A DNA stretch of 64,000 bases. It comes from Nitrospirota bacterium (lineage in GTDB: Bacteria; JACPQY01). The position numbers were made by a program, and so were the translations under genes. The DNA lies in NCBI GenBank assembly GCA_016180645.1, contig JACPAV010000011.1:1-64000 (forward strand), in the 5' to 3' direction. The notes under the pieces are model-generated. The model was not told the DNA's origin, did not search any database, and saw only the letters and a list, made by a program, of their open reading frames with translations. Below, in pieces: positions 45,894 through 55,193 of the stretch; within the stretch, counting starts at the first letter, position 1; the number at the start of each line of letters is the position of its first letter.

Positions 45894-47291
45894 ATGACCA
45901 CGAGAGCGCTCCTCCTGCTCGCCGCTCTCTGCATCCCGTGCTCATCCCCGGTCTTCGCACAGGAGACGCCGACCCTCCTCGACTACAAAGAAGTGATTCA
46001 GCGTGCCCTGACCCGAAGCCCCGTCCTGGCCGAGGGTCAGGAACTATTGGGATTCCGCCGGTCCCAGCTCGATGAGGCACGGCACGCCAAATTCGTTCCT
46101 CGCTTCGATGTCCGCTATACACTGACCCCCGTACCGGACATGCATCCGGGAACATTGGACCTCCCGGAGAATTTATCGGCGCTCGAGCCGATCGAGGAGG
46201 AACTCCGCGCTCTATCCTCGGAGTCCGGCCAACTTGAAAAGTTCGAAATCGGTCCCGGACACTACGTCGAGATCACCGCCACGCAGCCTTTATTCACCTT
46301 CGGCAAGCTCCGAAGCCTGGAGGCCATGGCCCGCGGAGGCGTCGCCGCCGCGGAATACGAGACACGCTTTCGGTCCCGCGAAATCATCTGGCGTGTATCC
46401 CAGATCTATTTCGCACTCATTGCCGCCCATCAAGGCTCCGCGATCGTGGATGAAACGGAGTCCGAACTTCGGAAGATCCAGGACCGGGTCCAGCATCTCG
46501 TGGAAAAAGGCGAGATCTCGCAGGAAGACACGCAGCGGCTGAAACTATTCGAGGTCGAGCTGCAAAACCGGAGGGCCGAGGCCTCCCTCGGCATCGAACA
46601 GGCGAAGGCGGGGCTTCGGATTGCGGTCGGAGCGGAGGTGGACGTGGCTCACGAGTTTCCCTCCATCGAACCGTCTCTACCGGCTCTGGAGGATCTATGG
46701 AAGGATGCGCCGGCGCGACGACCCGACCTCAAAATGGCCGAGTCGGGTCTCAGCGTGAAAGAGGCCCAGGTCACCAACGCCCGGAGCGAGTTCTTCCCGC
46801 AGCTTTTTCTGGCGGGCCGGTTCACGCTCGGATATGCGCCGAATCGATTCGACATCGGAAACCCTTACCTGAGCGATCCGGCCAATGTGCGCCGATTCGT
46901 GGCGTCCATGGGAATAAACCAATCCCTGAATCTCTTGCTGATCCGAGACCGTGTCCGCCAGGCGCGTCACGATCGCGCCAAGTCCCAAGCCATCTTACTA
47001 ACCTTGCGCGATCTCGCCGAGGCGGATATCACCCGCGCCTACTATCAGTACCAGGAAGCCTCGCAAAAACGGGAGAACAACATCCGGGCGGTACGCATCG
47101 CCCGGGGCTGGCTGAGCACCGCGATCAACAACTACACGTTGGGCCTCATCAAGATCCGGGATGTGCTCGATGCTTTCCAGGCGTACCTCAATGCGAAGAA
47201 GGACTTCACCCAGGCAGCCTACCTGTACTATACTTCTCTTGCCCGTCTCGATTATGTTGCACAAACGAACCTTCTATTCGATCAGCCGTAA
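45894..47291 (+). CDS. TolC-family outer membrane protein
   Basis: Signal peptide, QPLFTFGK, RPDL and FFPQL. Confidence 0.88.
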   Translation: MTTRALLLLAALCIPCSSPVFAQETPTLLDYKEVIQRALTRSPVLAEGQELLGFRRSQLDEARHAKFVPRFDVRYTLTPVPDMHPGTLDLPENLSALEPIEEELRALSSESGQLEKFEIGPGHYVEITATQPLFTFGKLRSLEAMARGGVAAAEYETRFRSREIIWRVSQIYFALIAAHQGSAIVDETESELRKIQDRVQHLVEKGEISQEDTQRLKLFEVELQNRRAEASLGIEQAKAGLRIAVGAEVDVAHEFPSIEPSLPALEDLWKDAPARRPDLKMAESGLSVKEAQVTNARSEFFPQLFLAGRFTLGYAPNRFDIGNPYLSDPANVRRFVASMGINQSLNLLLIRDRVRQARHDRAKSQAILLTLRDLAEADITRAYYQYQEASQKRENNIRAVRIARGWLSTAINNYTLGLIKIRDVLDAFQAYLNAKKDFTQAAYLYYTSLARLDYVAQTNLLFDQP

Positions 47292-47880
47292 ACTGCTTGC
47301 AGCAATTGGGATGGCCATACCGCTCGTGGTCGGGCAGACGGCGACGGCAGACGACGACCCCCTTGGCACCATCCGCTACTGGGAACAGCAGATCAAGGAG
47401 GTCGTCCATGCACCTTCCTATCGTGGAACGCCGGAAGACAAAGAACTGCTGAAGGCCCGAATCCGCTCGATTCTGGACACGGAACGGATGGGGCGCCTGG
47501 CGGTCGAGAAGCATTGGAGCAAACAACCGGAGGCGGATCGCCGCGAATTTCTGAAGCTCTTCAGGACCCTCGTGGAGCGCGCTTCCGTGACCGACCGGAA
47601 GGTTGATCTCTTCAAGCTGGACAATATCCGGTACGGCACTCCCACGGTCAACGGTACCAATGCGGAGGTCAAGGCGCATGTCCGGCCCTCGAACGAGCAG
47701 GTGGACGTGGAGGTGGTCTACAGGCTTTATCGAAACGGCAACGGCTGGAAGATCTACGACCTCGTCATCGATGAAGCCGGCATGATCGAGGGATTCCGCG
47801 GTCAGTTCAACCAGATCATTGCGGAAGATTCATTCAAGGAATTGCTGAACCGGATGCGGAAGAAGGCGGTCGACGAGTAG
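47254..47880 (+). CDS. MlaC/Ttg2D-like periplasmic phospholipid-binding protein
   Basis: D...M...A...W, V.YRL...WKIYD..I and FR.QF. Start uncertain. Confidence 0.85.
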   Translation: MLHKRTFYSISRKLLAAIGMAIPLVVGQTATADDDPLGTIRYWEQQIKEVVHAPSYRGTPEDKELLKARIRSILDTERMGRLAVEKHWSKQPEADRREFLKLFRTLVERASVTDRKVDLFKLDNIRYGTPTVNGTNAEVKAHVRPSNEQVDVEVVYRLYRNGNGWKIYDLVIDEAGMIEGFRGQFNQIIAEDSFKELLNRMRKKAVDE

Positions 47881-47892
47881 CGCTCACGGCTG

Positions 47893-47987
47893 CGTCTTCG
47901 AGCGCAGGCATGAAGCCTGCGGCTACCGGGGATTGGAGAGGACGTAGGCTGGTAGGCGCGGGCTTTAGCCCGCGTCTTCGGACGCAG
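47893..47987. repeat. REP elements between convergent genes
   Basis: GCGCAGGCATGAAGCCTGCGGCTAC and GTAGGCGCGGGCTTTAGCCCGCG. Confidence 0.85.
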
Positions 47988-47999
47988 GATGTCGGCGGA

Positions 48000-48914
48000 T
48001 CAGAGAGAGTCGCCGGTCAACAGGCGATAGGCTTCGAGATATTTCTCTCTCGTCCTCGTCACGATCTCCGGAGGAAGAGGAGGTCCCGGGGGCGTCTTGT
48101 CCCACTTGAGCGAGAGCAGGTAATCCCTCACGAACTGCTTGTCGAAACTCCGCTGGCTCCGTCCCGGTTCATATTCGGACTTCGGCCAGAACCTCGACGA
48201 ATCCGGCGTGATCACTTCGTCGATCAGAATGACCTTTCCATCGAGGAGGCCGAATTCGAATTTCGTATCCGCGATGATCACTCCGCCCTTCTCCGCAACC
48301 TCACAGGCGTGGGTGTAGATCTCGATGCTGACGTCCCGCAGCCGTTCCGCCAGTTTGCGGTCGCCCAGGATTTTCACCGCCTCGTCAAACGTGATGTTGA
48401 TGTCGTGCCCCTTCTCCGCCTTGGTGGACGGCGTGAAAATGGGCTTCTCCAGTTTCTGCGACTCCGCCAGGCCTTTCGGCAACGGCACGCCGCAGACGGC
48501 CCCCCGTTTCGTGTACTCTCCCCAACCGGATCCGGCCAGATAGCCGCGAACGACGCATTCCACGGGGAGCGGCGCCGCCCGGCGCACCAGCATGCTCCGG
48601 CCCGAAAGGGATTCGGACCGCGATTGAAACGGGGGCGGGAAATCCTTGACCTCCGTGGAGACCAGGTGATTGGAGATGAGTTCGCGGCTCTGCCCGAACC
48701 AGAACCGACTGATCTGCGTGAGGACGAATCCCTTGTCCGGAATTCCCGTCGGGAGAACCACGTCGAAGGCCGAAATGCGGTCGCTGGCCACCATCAGAAC
48801 ATGGCTCCCCGCATCGTACATGTCCCTCACTTTGCCCCGACGTTCGAGCTTGGCGCCGGGGATTTCCGTGTACATCACCAAGGGGGTTCTTGCGCGGAGA
48901 CCGTTCGTACCCAT
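48000..48914 (-). CDS. purC: SAICAR synthetase
   Basis: GKVRDMY, DRISAFD, ECVVRGY..GS, FTPSTKA, ADTKFEFG and TPDSSRFW. Confidence 0.97.
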   Translation of the reverse strand: MGTNGLRARTPLVMYTEIPGAKLERRGKVRDMYDAGSHVLMVASDRISAFDVVLPTGIPDKGFVLTQISRFWFGQSRELISNHLVSTEVKDFPPPFQSRSESLSGRSMLVRRAAPLPVECVVRGYLAGSGWGEYTKRGAVCGVPLPKGLAESQKLEKPIFTPSTKAEKGHDINITFDEAVKILGDRKLAERLRDVSIEIYTHACEVAEKGGVIIADTKFEFGLLDGKVILIDEVITPDSSRFWPKSEYEPGRSQRSFDKQFVRDYLLSLKWDKTPPGPPLPPEIVTRTREKYLEAYRLLTGDSL

Positions 48915-49035
48915 CGCGTGGATTCCTTTCTGCCCCCCTGCATAGCGCCTCTGTGAGGAGTCTGCAAGCGCCGGTGGCCGAGACGGCCGAGGCCCGAACC
49001 CGCAGGTCGGAGTGATGCTGAGGGCTACGGAAGAT

Positions 49036-50334
49036 CTATTTCAGCGAGTATAGGCTGCCGGCTTCCGTTGCCACCAGAAGGCGCCCCGACGCTACCGCGG
49101 GGGCGGAGTTGATCGGGCCGTCGAGCGAGAGTTTCTGCACGGTCGCTCCGCTGTTGGCATTCACGACCACCACTTCGCCGTTCCCGGTGCCGACGTACAC
49201 TCGGCCACCCGCCACCACGGGACTCGAAATAAATGCGGGCGTGCTGGGGATCCCGGCATCCACGCTCCATCGAACGGAGCCGTCGGACAGATCGAGGGCG
49301 TAAAGTTTCTGCAACCCAGCCGTCACCAGGGCGTATGCCCAGTCGCCGGAAATGGCCAGGTTGGACACCAGAATCGATGTGGGCCCTTCGGCCCGTGCGG
49401 GGGCGCGCGCAGGGGCGCCGGACTTCGCCCGTTTCGCTTTCTCCCTTTCGCAGTCACCGCCCGATCGCTGGTTCTCCATGGGATCGTCGCAAGCCGGAAT
49501 AGAGTCGATCGTCACCGTGCGGGTCGGCGCCGCTTTGGCCAGGGCGACGAGCGGTTTCGTCCAGAGGCCTTTGCCTTCGACGGAAACGGCATACACGTTG
49601 GGATCTTCACCGCCGGGGGCAAAGAGAACCGTGCCCAGCGAACTCGCCGAGGGGGAGGCCATCATGACGCTCCCCTTCGTCTGCTTCTTCCAAAGGAAAC
49701 GGCCATCGGCCGCATCCAGCCCTGTGAGGAACCCGTTGTTCGCCGCGATGATGAGCGTCGACCCGCTCAAGGCCGGTGAGCTGTAGCTCATCTGACCCAA
49801 GTCGTACTGCCACAGGATCTTGCCGGACAGGCTCACGGCGAGGACTTTCTGGTTCGGGAATCCCGATCCCATGTACACCACGCCGTTTGCGACGACGGGT
49901 GAGCTCATTTCGTTCCCGCCGGAGGCCGTCTTCCACAGAAGTTTTCCACTCGTGGCCTCCAGGGCATACAAGTGTCGATCGTACGAGCCGAAGAAGACCT
50001 TCCCGTCGGCCACCGCTGGAGTCGAATGAACCCGGTCCCCGGCTTGGAAGGCCCATGTCGGTTTCCCCGTGGCCAGCTCGACGGCCACGACCAGTCCTTT
50101 GTCCGTTCCGACATACGCTCGAGTGCCGTCGGACGAAATCGAAGACAGCGGTGTGGCCTTGAGGGCCGCTTTCCACTCTTCCGAGAGCGAATCACCGAGA
50201 GGCTGCGATGAAAGGGAATCCCTCGTGGGCGATTTTCCCAGAGACGGCCAAGCCTCGGCCCAAGACGCAGACACACCGCCTGCCAGAAGAGCCAGGCCCA
50301 AACCAACCGACCCCGCGAGTTTCAGCCCTTTCAT
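49036..50334 (-). CDS. Exported PQQ-repeat (BamB-like) beta-propeller protein
   Basis: Signal peptide ASWA; repeated SSP.V..G.VY.G / G..LW blades. Confidence 0.85.
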   Translation of the reverse strand: MKGLKLAGSVGLGLALLAGGVSASWAEAWPSLGKSPTRDSLSSQPLGDSLSEEWKAALKATPLSSISSDGTRAYVGTDKGLVVAVELATGKPTWAFQAGDRVHSTPAVADGKVFFGSYDRHLYALEATSGKLLWKTASGGNEMSSPVVANGVVYMGSGFPNQKVLAVSLSGKILWQYDLGQMSYSSPALSGSTLIIAANNGFLTGLDAADGRFLWKKQTKGSVMMASPSASSLGTVLFAPGGEDPNVYAVSVEGKGLWTKPLVALAKAAPTRTVTIDSIPACDDPMENQRSGGDCEREKAKRAKSGAPARAPARAEGPTSILVSNLAISGDWAYALVTAGLQKLYALDLSDGSVRWSVDAGIPSTPAFISSPVVAGGRVYVGTGNGEVVVVNANSGATVQKLSLDGPINSAPAVASGRLLVATEAGSLYSLK

Positions 50335-50363
50335 GTGACCTCCCTTCGAAAAACGATCCGACC

Positions 50364-50867
50364 TCAAATCTTCAGGTGCTCCTTGATCCGCTTCTGGTCT
50401 TCATCGCTGATTTCGACCGCCCGCAGACCGATGGAGATGGCGCCGTTCGAGCGGAACCGGATGATTTCGAATCGACCCTCCACCCCTTTGAGATCGGTTT
50501 CCATGATCTTCAGTTTCAGCGTGAACGGCTGGAGAGGAAAGCCTCCCTTCACCGCCCATACGTTCGAGATCAAGGCGCCGTCCGGAGTCAGATTGTTGAT
50601 CGTGCACCAGCCGCGATCGTACGCCTGGCCGTTCTCGGTCAAGAGCACCTCCATCTCCGCCTTGGCCCGAACGAGTTTCCGTTCGAACTTTCGCTTGTAT
50701 TTCTTCCTCAGACGCCCAAAATCGTAGCCCATTTCGCGGGCTACGCGGATGACGTTCTCGACCGTACTCTTGCTGGTGATCATGGACGGGTGCCCATTCA
50801 GGACCTTGTTGACCGTGGTACGATCAAGCCCTAGTACATCCGCAATGACCTGCTGACTTACGCTCAT
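50364..50867 (-). CDS. LacI-type HTH fused to a PilZ-like domain
   Basis: SQQVIADVLGLDRTTVNKVLNG...V..VA.EMGY HTH; RKFER and NLTPDG PilZ motifs; AGGAGG RBS. Confidence 0.75.
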   Translation of the reverse strand: MSVSQQVIADVLGLDRTTVNKVLNGHPSMITSKSTVENVIRVAREMGYDFGRLRKKYKRKFERKLVRAKAEMEVLLTENGQAYDRGWCTINNLTPDGALISNVWAVKGGFPLQPFTLKLKIMETDLKGVEGRFEIIRFRSNGAISIGLRAVEISDEDQKRIKEHLKI

Positions 50868-51065
50868 GGATTTCCTCCTTGTAGCAAGAGGTTAGCTCCG
50901 CACGACTGCTTGAACTCTTCCCGCATTGTGGGATCTCCTCTTCTCACTTGTGATGTCTCTATGCCAGATGTACCAACTTGCCGCTTTTTTGTCAACACCC
51001 CAAGCCATCCATGACCAATGGGCGCCCGTGCCGTCACCCACCTGGAACTCGATACCCCAGATAGT

Positions 51066-51094
51066 TTGACACACTGCGTTGGTGCCGATACGAT
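51066..51094 (+). promoter_or_regulatory. Sigma70 promoter of the thiolase gene
   Basis: TTGACA-N17-TACGAT, followed by GGAGG and ATG 51114. Confidence 0.7.
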
Positions 51095-51113
51095 CCGTCT
51101 CGGAGGTCAAACT

Positions 51114-52301
51114 ATGGAAGAAGCGGTCATCGTTGAAGCTGTACGAACGCCTATCGGCAAGAAGAAGGGCAAACTCTGGGGGGTCCGCCCCGACAATCTC
51201 GTGGCCGATGTCATGAAGGAAACGGTCCGCCGATCCGGGGTGGATCCGGCGTTAATTGAGGACGTCATCATGGGGTGCGTGACCCAGATCGGGGAACAGG
51301 GATTTAATATCGCCCGGAATGCGGCCCTCATCGCCGGCTTCCCTCTGGAGGTGACGGGTACAAGCGTGAACCGGCAGTGCGGTTCCAGCCAGCAAGCGGC
51401 GAATTTCGCCGCGATGGCCGTGATGTCGGGAGTGCACGAGTGCATGATGGCCGCCGGCGTCGAGAGCATGTCCCGCATTCCGATGGGATCGGACGGGATG
51501 GTGGCGGACTATGGTATCCCGATCAGTTCGCGGCTTTCCGAGCGGTTCGATCACAAGCTCGTTCCACAGGGCATTTCGGCCGAATACATCGCGCAACGCT
51601 GGAAGTTGAATCGCAAGGCGATCGACGAGTTTTCCTACCAGAGCCACGTGAAGGCCGCGCAGGCCACGGAGAACGGCTACTACAAGCGTGAGATTCTCCC
51701 CGTCGAGGCGCCTCTCATGGACCCCAACGGCCAGCCGACGGACCAGAAGCAGACGGTGAGCATGGACGAAGGATTCCGAAAGGACGCGTCACTCGAAAAG
51801 ATGGGGTCGCTCAAGCCGTCGTTCCTGCCCGAGGGAGTGGTCACGGCGGCCAACTCGAGCCAGATCAGCGACGGCGCTGCGGCCCTCCTCATCATGTCGA
51901 AGCGAAAAGCCAAGGAGCTCGGTCTGAAGCCCCGCGCCCGTTTCATTTCGATGACGCTCGCGGGCGTCGATCCGGTGGTCATGCTGACCGGCCCGATTCC
52001 GGCCACGCAAAAAGCGCTCAAGAAGGCCGGCCTGGCCATGAAAGACATCGACTTGGTGGAGATCAACGAAGCCTTCGCCTCCGTTGTGCTCGCCTGGGAA
52101 AAGGAGCTTCAGCCGGACATGAAGAAGGTCAACGTAAACGGCGGCGCGGTCGCGCTCGGACATCCGCTGGGTTGCAGCGGCGCCCGGCTCCTGACCACCC
52201 TCCTTCACGAGATGGAGCGGCGAAACGCGCGGTATGGGCTGTCCACCATGTGCATCGGGTTCGGGCAGGGCATCGCCACCATTCTGGAGCGGATGAACTA
52301 G
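51114..52301 (+). CDS. Thiolase (acetyl-CoA C-acyltransferase)
   Basis: NRQCGSS, NEAF, GHPLG and CIGFG. Confidence 0.96.
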   Translation: MEEAVIVEAVRTPIGKKKGKLWGVRPDNLVADVMKETVRRSGVDPALIEDVIMGCVTQIGEQGFNIARNAALIAGFPLEVTGTSVNRQCGSSQQAANFAAMAVMSGVHECMMAAGVESMSRIPMGSDGMVADYGIPISSRLSERFDHKLVPQGISAEYIAQRWKLNRKAIDEFSYQSHVKAAQATENGYYKREILPVEAPLMDPNGQPTDQKQTVSMDEGFRKDASLEKMGSLKPSFLPEGVVTAANSSQISDGAAALLIMSKRKAKELGLKPRARFISMTLAGVDPVVMLTGPIPATQKALKKAGLAMKDIDLVEINEAFASVVLAWEKELQPDMKKVNVNGGAVALGHPLGCSGARLLTTLLHEMERRNARYGLSTMCIGFGQGIATILERMN

Positions 52302-52387
52302 AAATCCGGCGGCCGTCGGGTCACCTCGACGGGTAGCGTGGGCGTCTTTCGCCCGGGACGGAAAGTTGAGCCTGTGGAGTTCGGTGT

Positions 52388-52597
52388 CTACGGGTAGATT
52401 TGGTTCCCCGTATCGTCTTCGAGCACAATGGCCTGAGTGGGACAGGCCTCGGCCGCATTGAGAACGGTATCGTCATCGGCTCCCTTGGGGTCCAGTACGA
52501 TGGCCTTGTTTTCCTTGTCCATTTTGAAGACGGCCGGCGCAATGCCGACGCAATTGGCGGCCCCGATGCATAAAGCTCGATCTACGCGTACTTTCAC
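52388..52597 (-). CDS. Ferredoxin, probably 3Fe-4S
   Basis: CIGAANC...AP.VF...CP; the second cluster Cys is replaced by Ala. Confidence 0.9.
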   Translation of the reverse strand: MKVRVDRALCIGAANCVGIAPAVFKMDKENKAIVLDPKGADDDTVLNAAEACPTQAIVLEDDTGNQIYP

Positions 52598-52746
52598 ATT
52601 TACCTCGCTTGCCGGAATCCATCGCCGGCGATCCGATTGATTTCGCTCGACCCTTCATCTACCATGCAAAAGTCAATGTTGCGCGCCCGATGAAAAAACT
52701 CCATCAGACCTCCCATCATCTTCCCTGAAGCCAGGCGAAGGGGGCG

Positions 52747-53145
52747 ATGAAGGAAATCAGTCTCATCCTCAAGAACGTGCCGGGCCAGCTCGCCGAGGTG
52801 GCGGACATCTGCGCGGCCGAAGGTATCAACATCCGCGGCATGTGCGTCGCCGAGACCGAACATATTTCGCTTCTCCGGCTTGTGGTGGACGATCTGGACG
52901 CCGCCCACGATGCCTTGAAGGACCGCTTTCCGGTCGGAATCAAGGAGGTGGTCGAAGTGGAAGTGCCTAACAAGCCCGGAGCGCTTTCGAAGATCGCCAA
53001 GATTTTCGCGGAGGCCGGCGTGAACATCGATTATGCCTACGTCGCCGTCGCCCCGGACGGGAAGCGGGACACCCTGATCCTCCGGGTGGACAAGATCAAC
53101 ACCGCCGTCCAGACCCTCAAGGAGAAGCGCATTCGCGTTTATTGA
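52747..53145 (+). CDS. Tandem ACT domain protein
   Basis: N.PG.L...INI and NKPGAL...VNIDYAY. Confidence 0.9.
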   Translation: MKEISLILKNVPGQLAEVADICAAEGINIRGMCVAETEHISLLRLVVDDLDAAHDALKDRFPVGIKEVVEVEVPNKPGALSKIAKIFAEAGVNIDYAYVAVAPDGKRDTLILRVDKINTAVQTLKEKRIRVY

Positions 53146-54170
53146 CGTCCTCCCTCTTTTCTGGGAGTGAGGTTCAGTTCCCGGCGGGCGCGCTTCGCGG
53201 CCGCGACCAGGACTTGCAGTTTTCCGATCGCTTCCTCCGTGGTGCGGGTCTTGAGTCCGCAATCGGGGTCGCACCAGACTTGCGCGGCCGGTACCGACTC
53301 CACGGCGGCCTTGATCCGGCTAAAGACAGCCTCCTCCGGATCGATCCGGTGCGAATGGGATTCCACCACGCCGAACGAGAGATCCTTCGAGAATGGATTC
53401 CGCCGGAACATGCCGATCAGGTCGAACCCGCTGTTCGTCATCTCCAGATCGAAGTTGTCCACCGGCACGTTGAGGAGCCCAGGGTAGATGAATTCGAATG
53501 CTCCGTAGCAGACGTGGGTGATAAAATAGGCCGGTAGGCCGTCCGTCACCACGTGCATGGCTTCAATGGCCATCGGGAGCTCCTCGGGGCGCGCGGAGAG
53601 CGCCGGCTCGTCGATCTGGATGATCTTCGCCCCCCCCCGGATGAGCTCCTCGACTTCTTTCCGGATCTCGCGCGCAAACGCCATGGCGGCGTCGCGGCGG
53701 CTTGGATAATATTCATCGAAGGACCAATCGGTCAGGGTGTAGGGCCCGGTGAGCATCCCCTTCACCGGCTTGGCCGTGAGGCCCTGGGCGAATTTCCACC
53801 AGCCCACGGTAATCGGTTTCTCCCAGCGGACCTCGCCCGTAATCACCGGCTTGTGGTAGTAGCGGTTCCCGTAGGACCGCACGAGTCCGCCCTTCTCCAT
53901 GCCACGCAGGTGCTCGGCGAAGTAGGCCACCATGTCCCCGCGGTACTGCTCACCATCCACCAGTACGTCGATCCCTATCTCCTCTTGCTTCTTGATCCAG
54001 TCGGCGGTGGCCTGCTGCTCCTTTTCCTCCACCTGCTTGGAGTCAACCTCGCCTTTGAGCGCCTTCGATTTGATTTTCTTGAGTTCCTCGGGGCGGGGGA
54101 AACTTCCGACGGAGGTCGTGGGCAGGAGGGGCAGCTCAATCCCCAGCTTCTTGAGCTTTTCGGGAGGCAT
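53139..54170 (-). CDS. metE: Cobalamin-independent methionine synthase, catalytic (C-terminal-type) subunit
   Basis: TTSVGSFP, DGE..R.DMV.YF, KGMLTGP, QIDEPA and Zn ligands HVC...E...PDCG. Confidence 0.9.
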   Translation of the reverse strand: MPPEKLKKLGIELPLLPTTSVGSFPRPEELKKIKSKALKGEVDSKQVEEKEQQATADWIKKQEEIGIDVLVDGEQYRGDMVAYFAEHLRGMEKGGLVRSYGNRYYHKPVITGEVRWEKPITVGWWKFAQGLTAKPVKGMLTGPYTLTDWSFDEYYPSRRDAAMAFAREIRKEVEELIRGGAKIIQIDEPALSARPEELPMAIEAMHVVTDGLPAYFITHVCYGAFEFIYPGLLNVPVDNFDLEMTNSGFDLIGMFRRNPFSKDLSFGVVESHSHRIDPEEAVFSRIKAAVESVPAAQVWCDPDCGLKTRTTEEAIGKLQVLVAAAKRARRELNLTPRKEGGRQ

Positions 54171-55156
54171 CAGTCGGTCCCCTTCAGCAGGGTTCGAACC
54201 TCGTTCATCAGGTTCAGCTTCTGCTCGGCCCGGTCCCGCGGCAGGAACTCAAGTCCACAGGACGTGGTCAGGAACAGCGGACCGGAGCGCACCTTCGCCG
54301 CGATCTCACTCAACAGGTCGGCGATCTTCCGCGGATTTTCCAGTCGGGTGTTTCGCCCATCCAGGAGCCCCGCGGCCAGGCCTTTCGGGCACCCCGTGCT
54401 CTTGATTTCCTGAACCAGCCTCGGGCTGTAGCAAAAATCCACACAGAGCACATCCACATCGAGCTCCTGGAGCGCCCCCCAGAGAGAAGCGCAGTTTCCG
54501 AAATACACGGCGAAAATGATTTTGGCTTTTCCCTTCGCGGAGACGATCGGTTTGAACAGGGCTTTGTACCGGCGGATGTCCACGTCCTTTTTTGCCAGGG
54601 ACGGCTCTTCCACCTGGATCCACTCGGCCCCGGCATCCGCCAGGGCGCGGACCTCCGCGGCTACGGGTTTCGCAAGAATCTCGGCCGCGTCTTCGATGTT
54701 CTCAAACGTGGGGGACTTCCAGATGGAATGATGAGCCAACGTCAACGGACCCATCACCACGGGCTTCACGGGGGTGTGCGTGAGGGAGCGAGCATACACG
54801 TATTCCTCTTTGAGACGCGACGCGCCGCTGATGGTTCGCGAATTCAGGATCGGCTGTCGGATGTAGAAGTTGGTATCAAAGTACCGGAGGAGGCCGTTGA
54901 CCTCAATGCCGTCCCTATCTCTCAATAGGTGCGAAATGGGATCTGTCCAACGAATGAGACCATCCGTGGCCAAGTCCAGTCCCGTCTTGTCCTGCTCCAT
55001 GATGGCTTCCAATACCGCCAAGTCCTGGGAGGCTCGAAGGTCCTCGACCGTCTTGATCCCCCTCTCCCACTGCTCGTGGGTCCGTCGAAGGCCTTGAAGG
55101 CGCACGGAATCCCCAACCCGGGGATAACTCGAATGACTCATGGTTTGGATTCTCAT
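54170..55156 (-). CDS. MetE N-terminal-type subunit (split MetE)
   Basis: SYPRVG, RYFDTNFY..P, KP...GP.T, QVEEP and YFG; lacks HxC; TGA overlaps the next ATG. Confidence 0.85.
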   Translation of the reverse strand: MRIQTMSHSSYPRVGDSVRLQGLRRTHEQWERGIKTVEDLRASQDLAVLEAIMEQDKTGLDLATDGLIRWTDPISHLLRDRDGIEVNGLLRYFDTNFYIRQPILNSRTISGASRLKEEYVYARSLTHTPVKPVVMGPLTLAHHSIWKSPTFENIEDAAEILAKPVAAEVRALADAGAEWIQVEEPSLAKKDVDIRRYKALFKPIVSAKGKAKIIFAVYFGNCASLWGALQELDVDVLCVDFCYSPRLVQEIKSTGCPKGLAAGLLDGRNTRLENPRKIADLLSEIAAKVRSGPLFLTTSCGLEFLPRDRAEQKLNLMNEVRTLLKGTD

Positions 55157-55193
55157 GGGCGGCGCGGGAATGTAGCATACGACCCTCAGGGGG

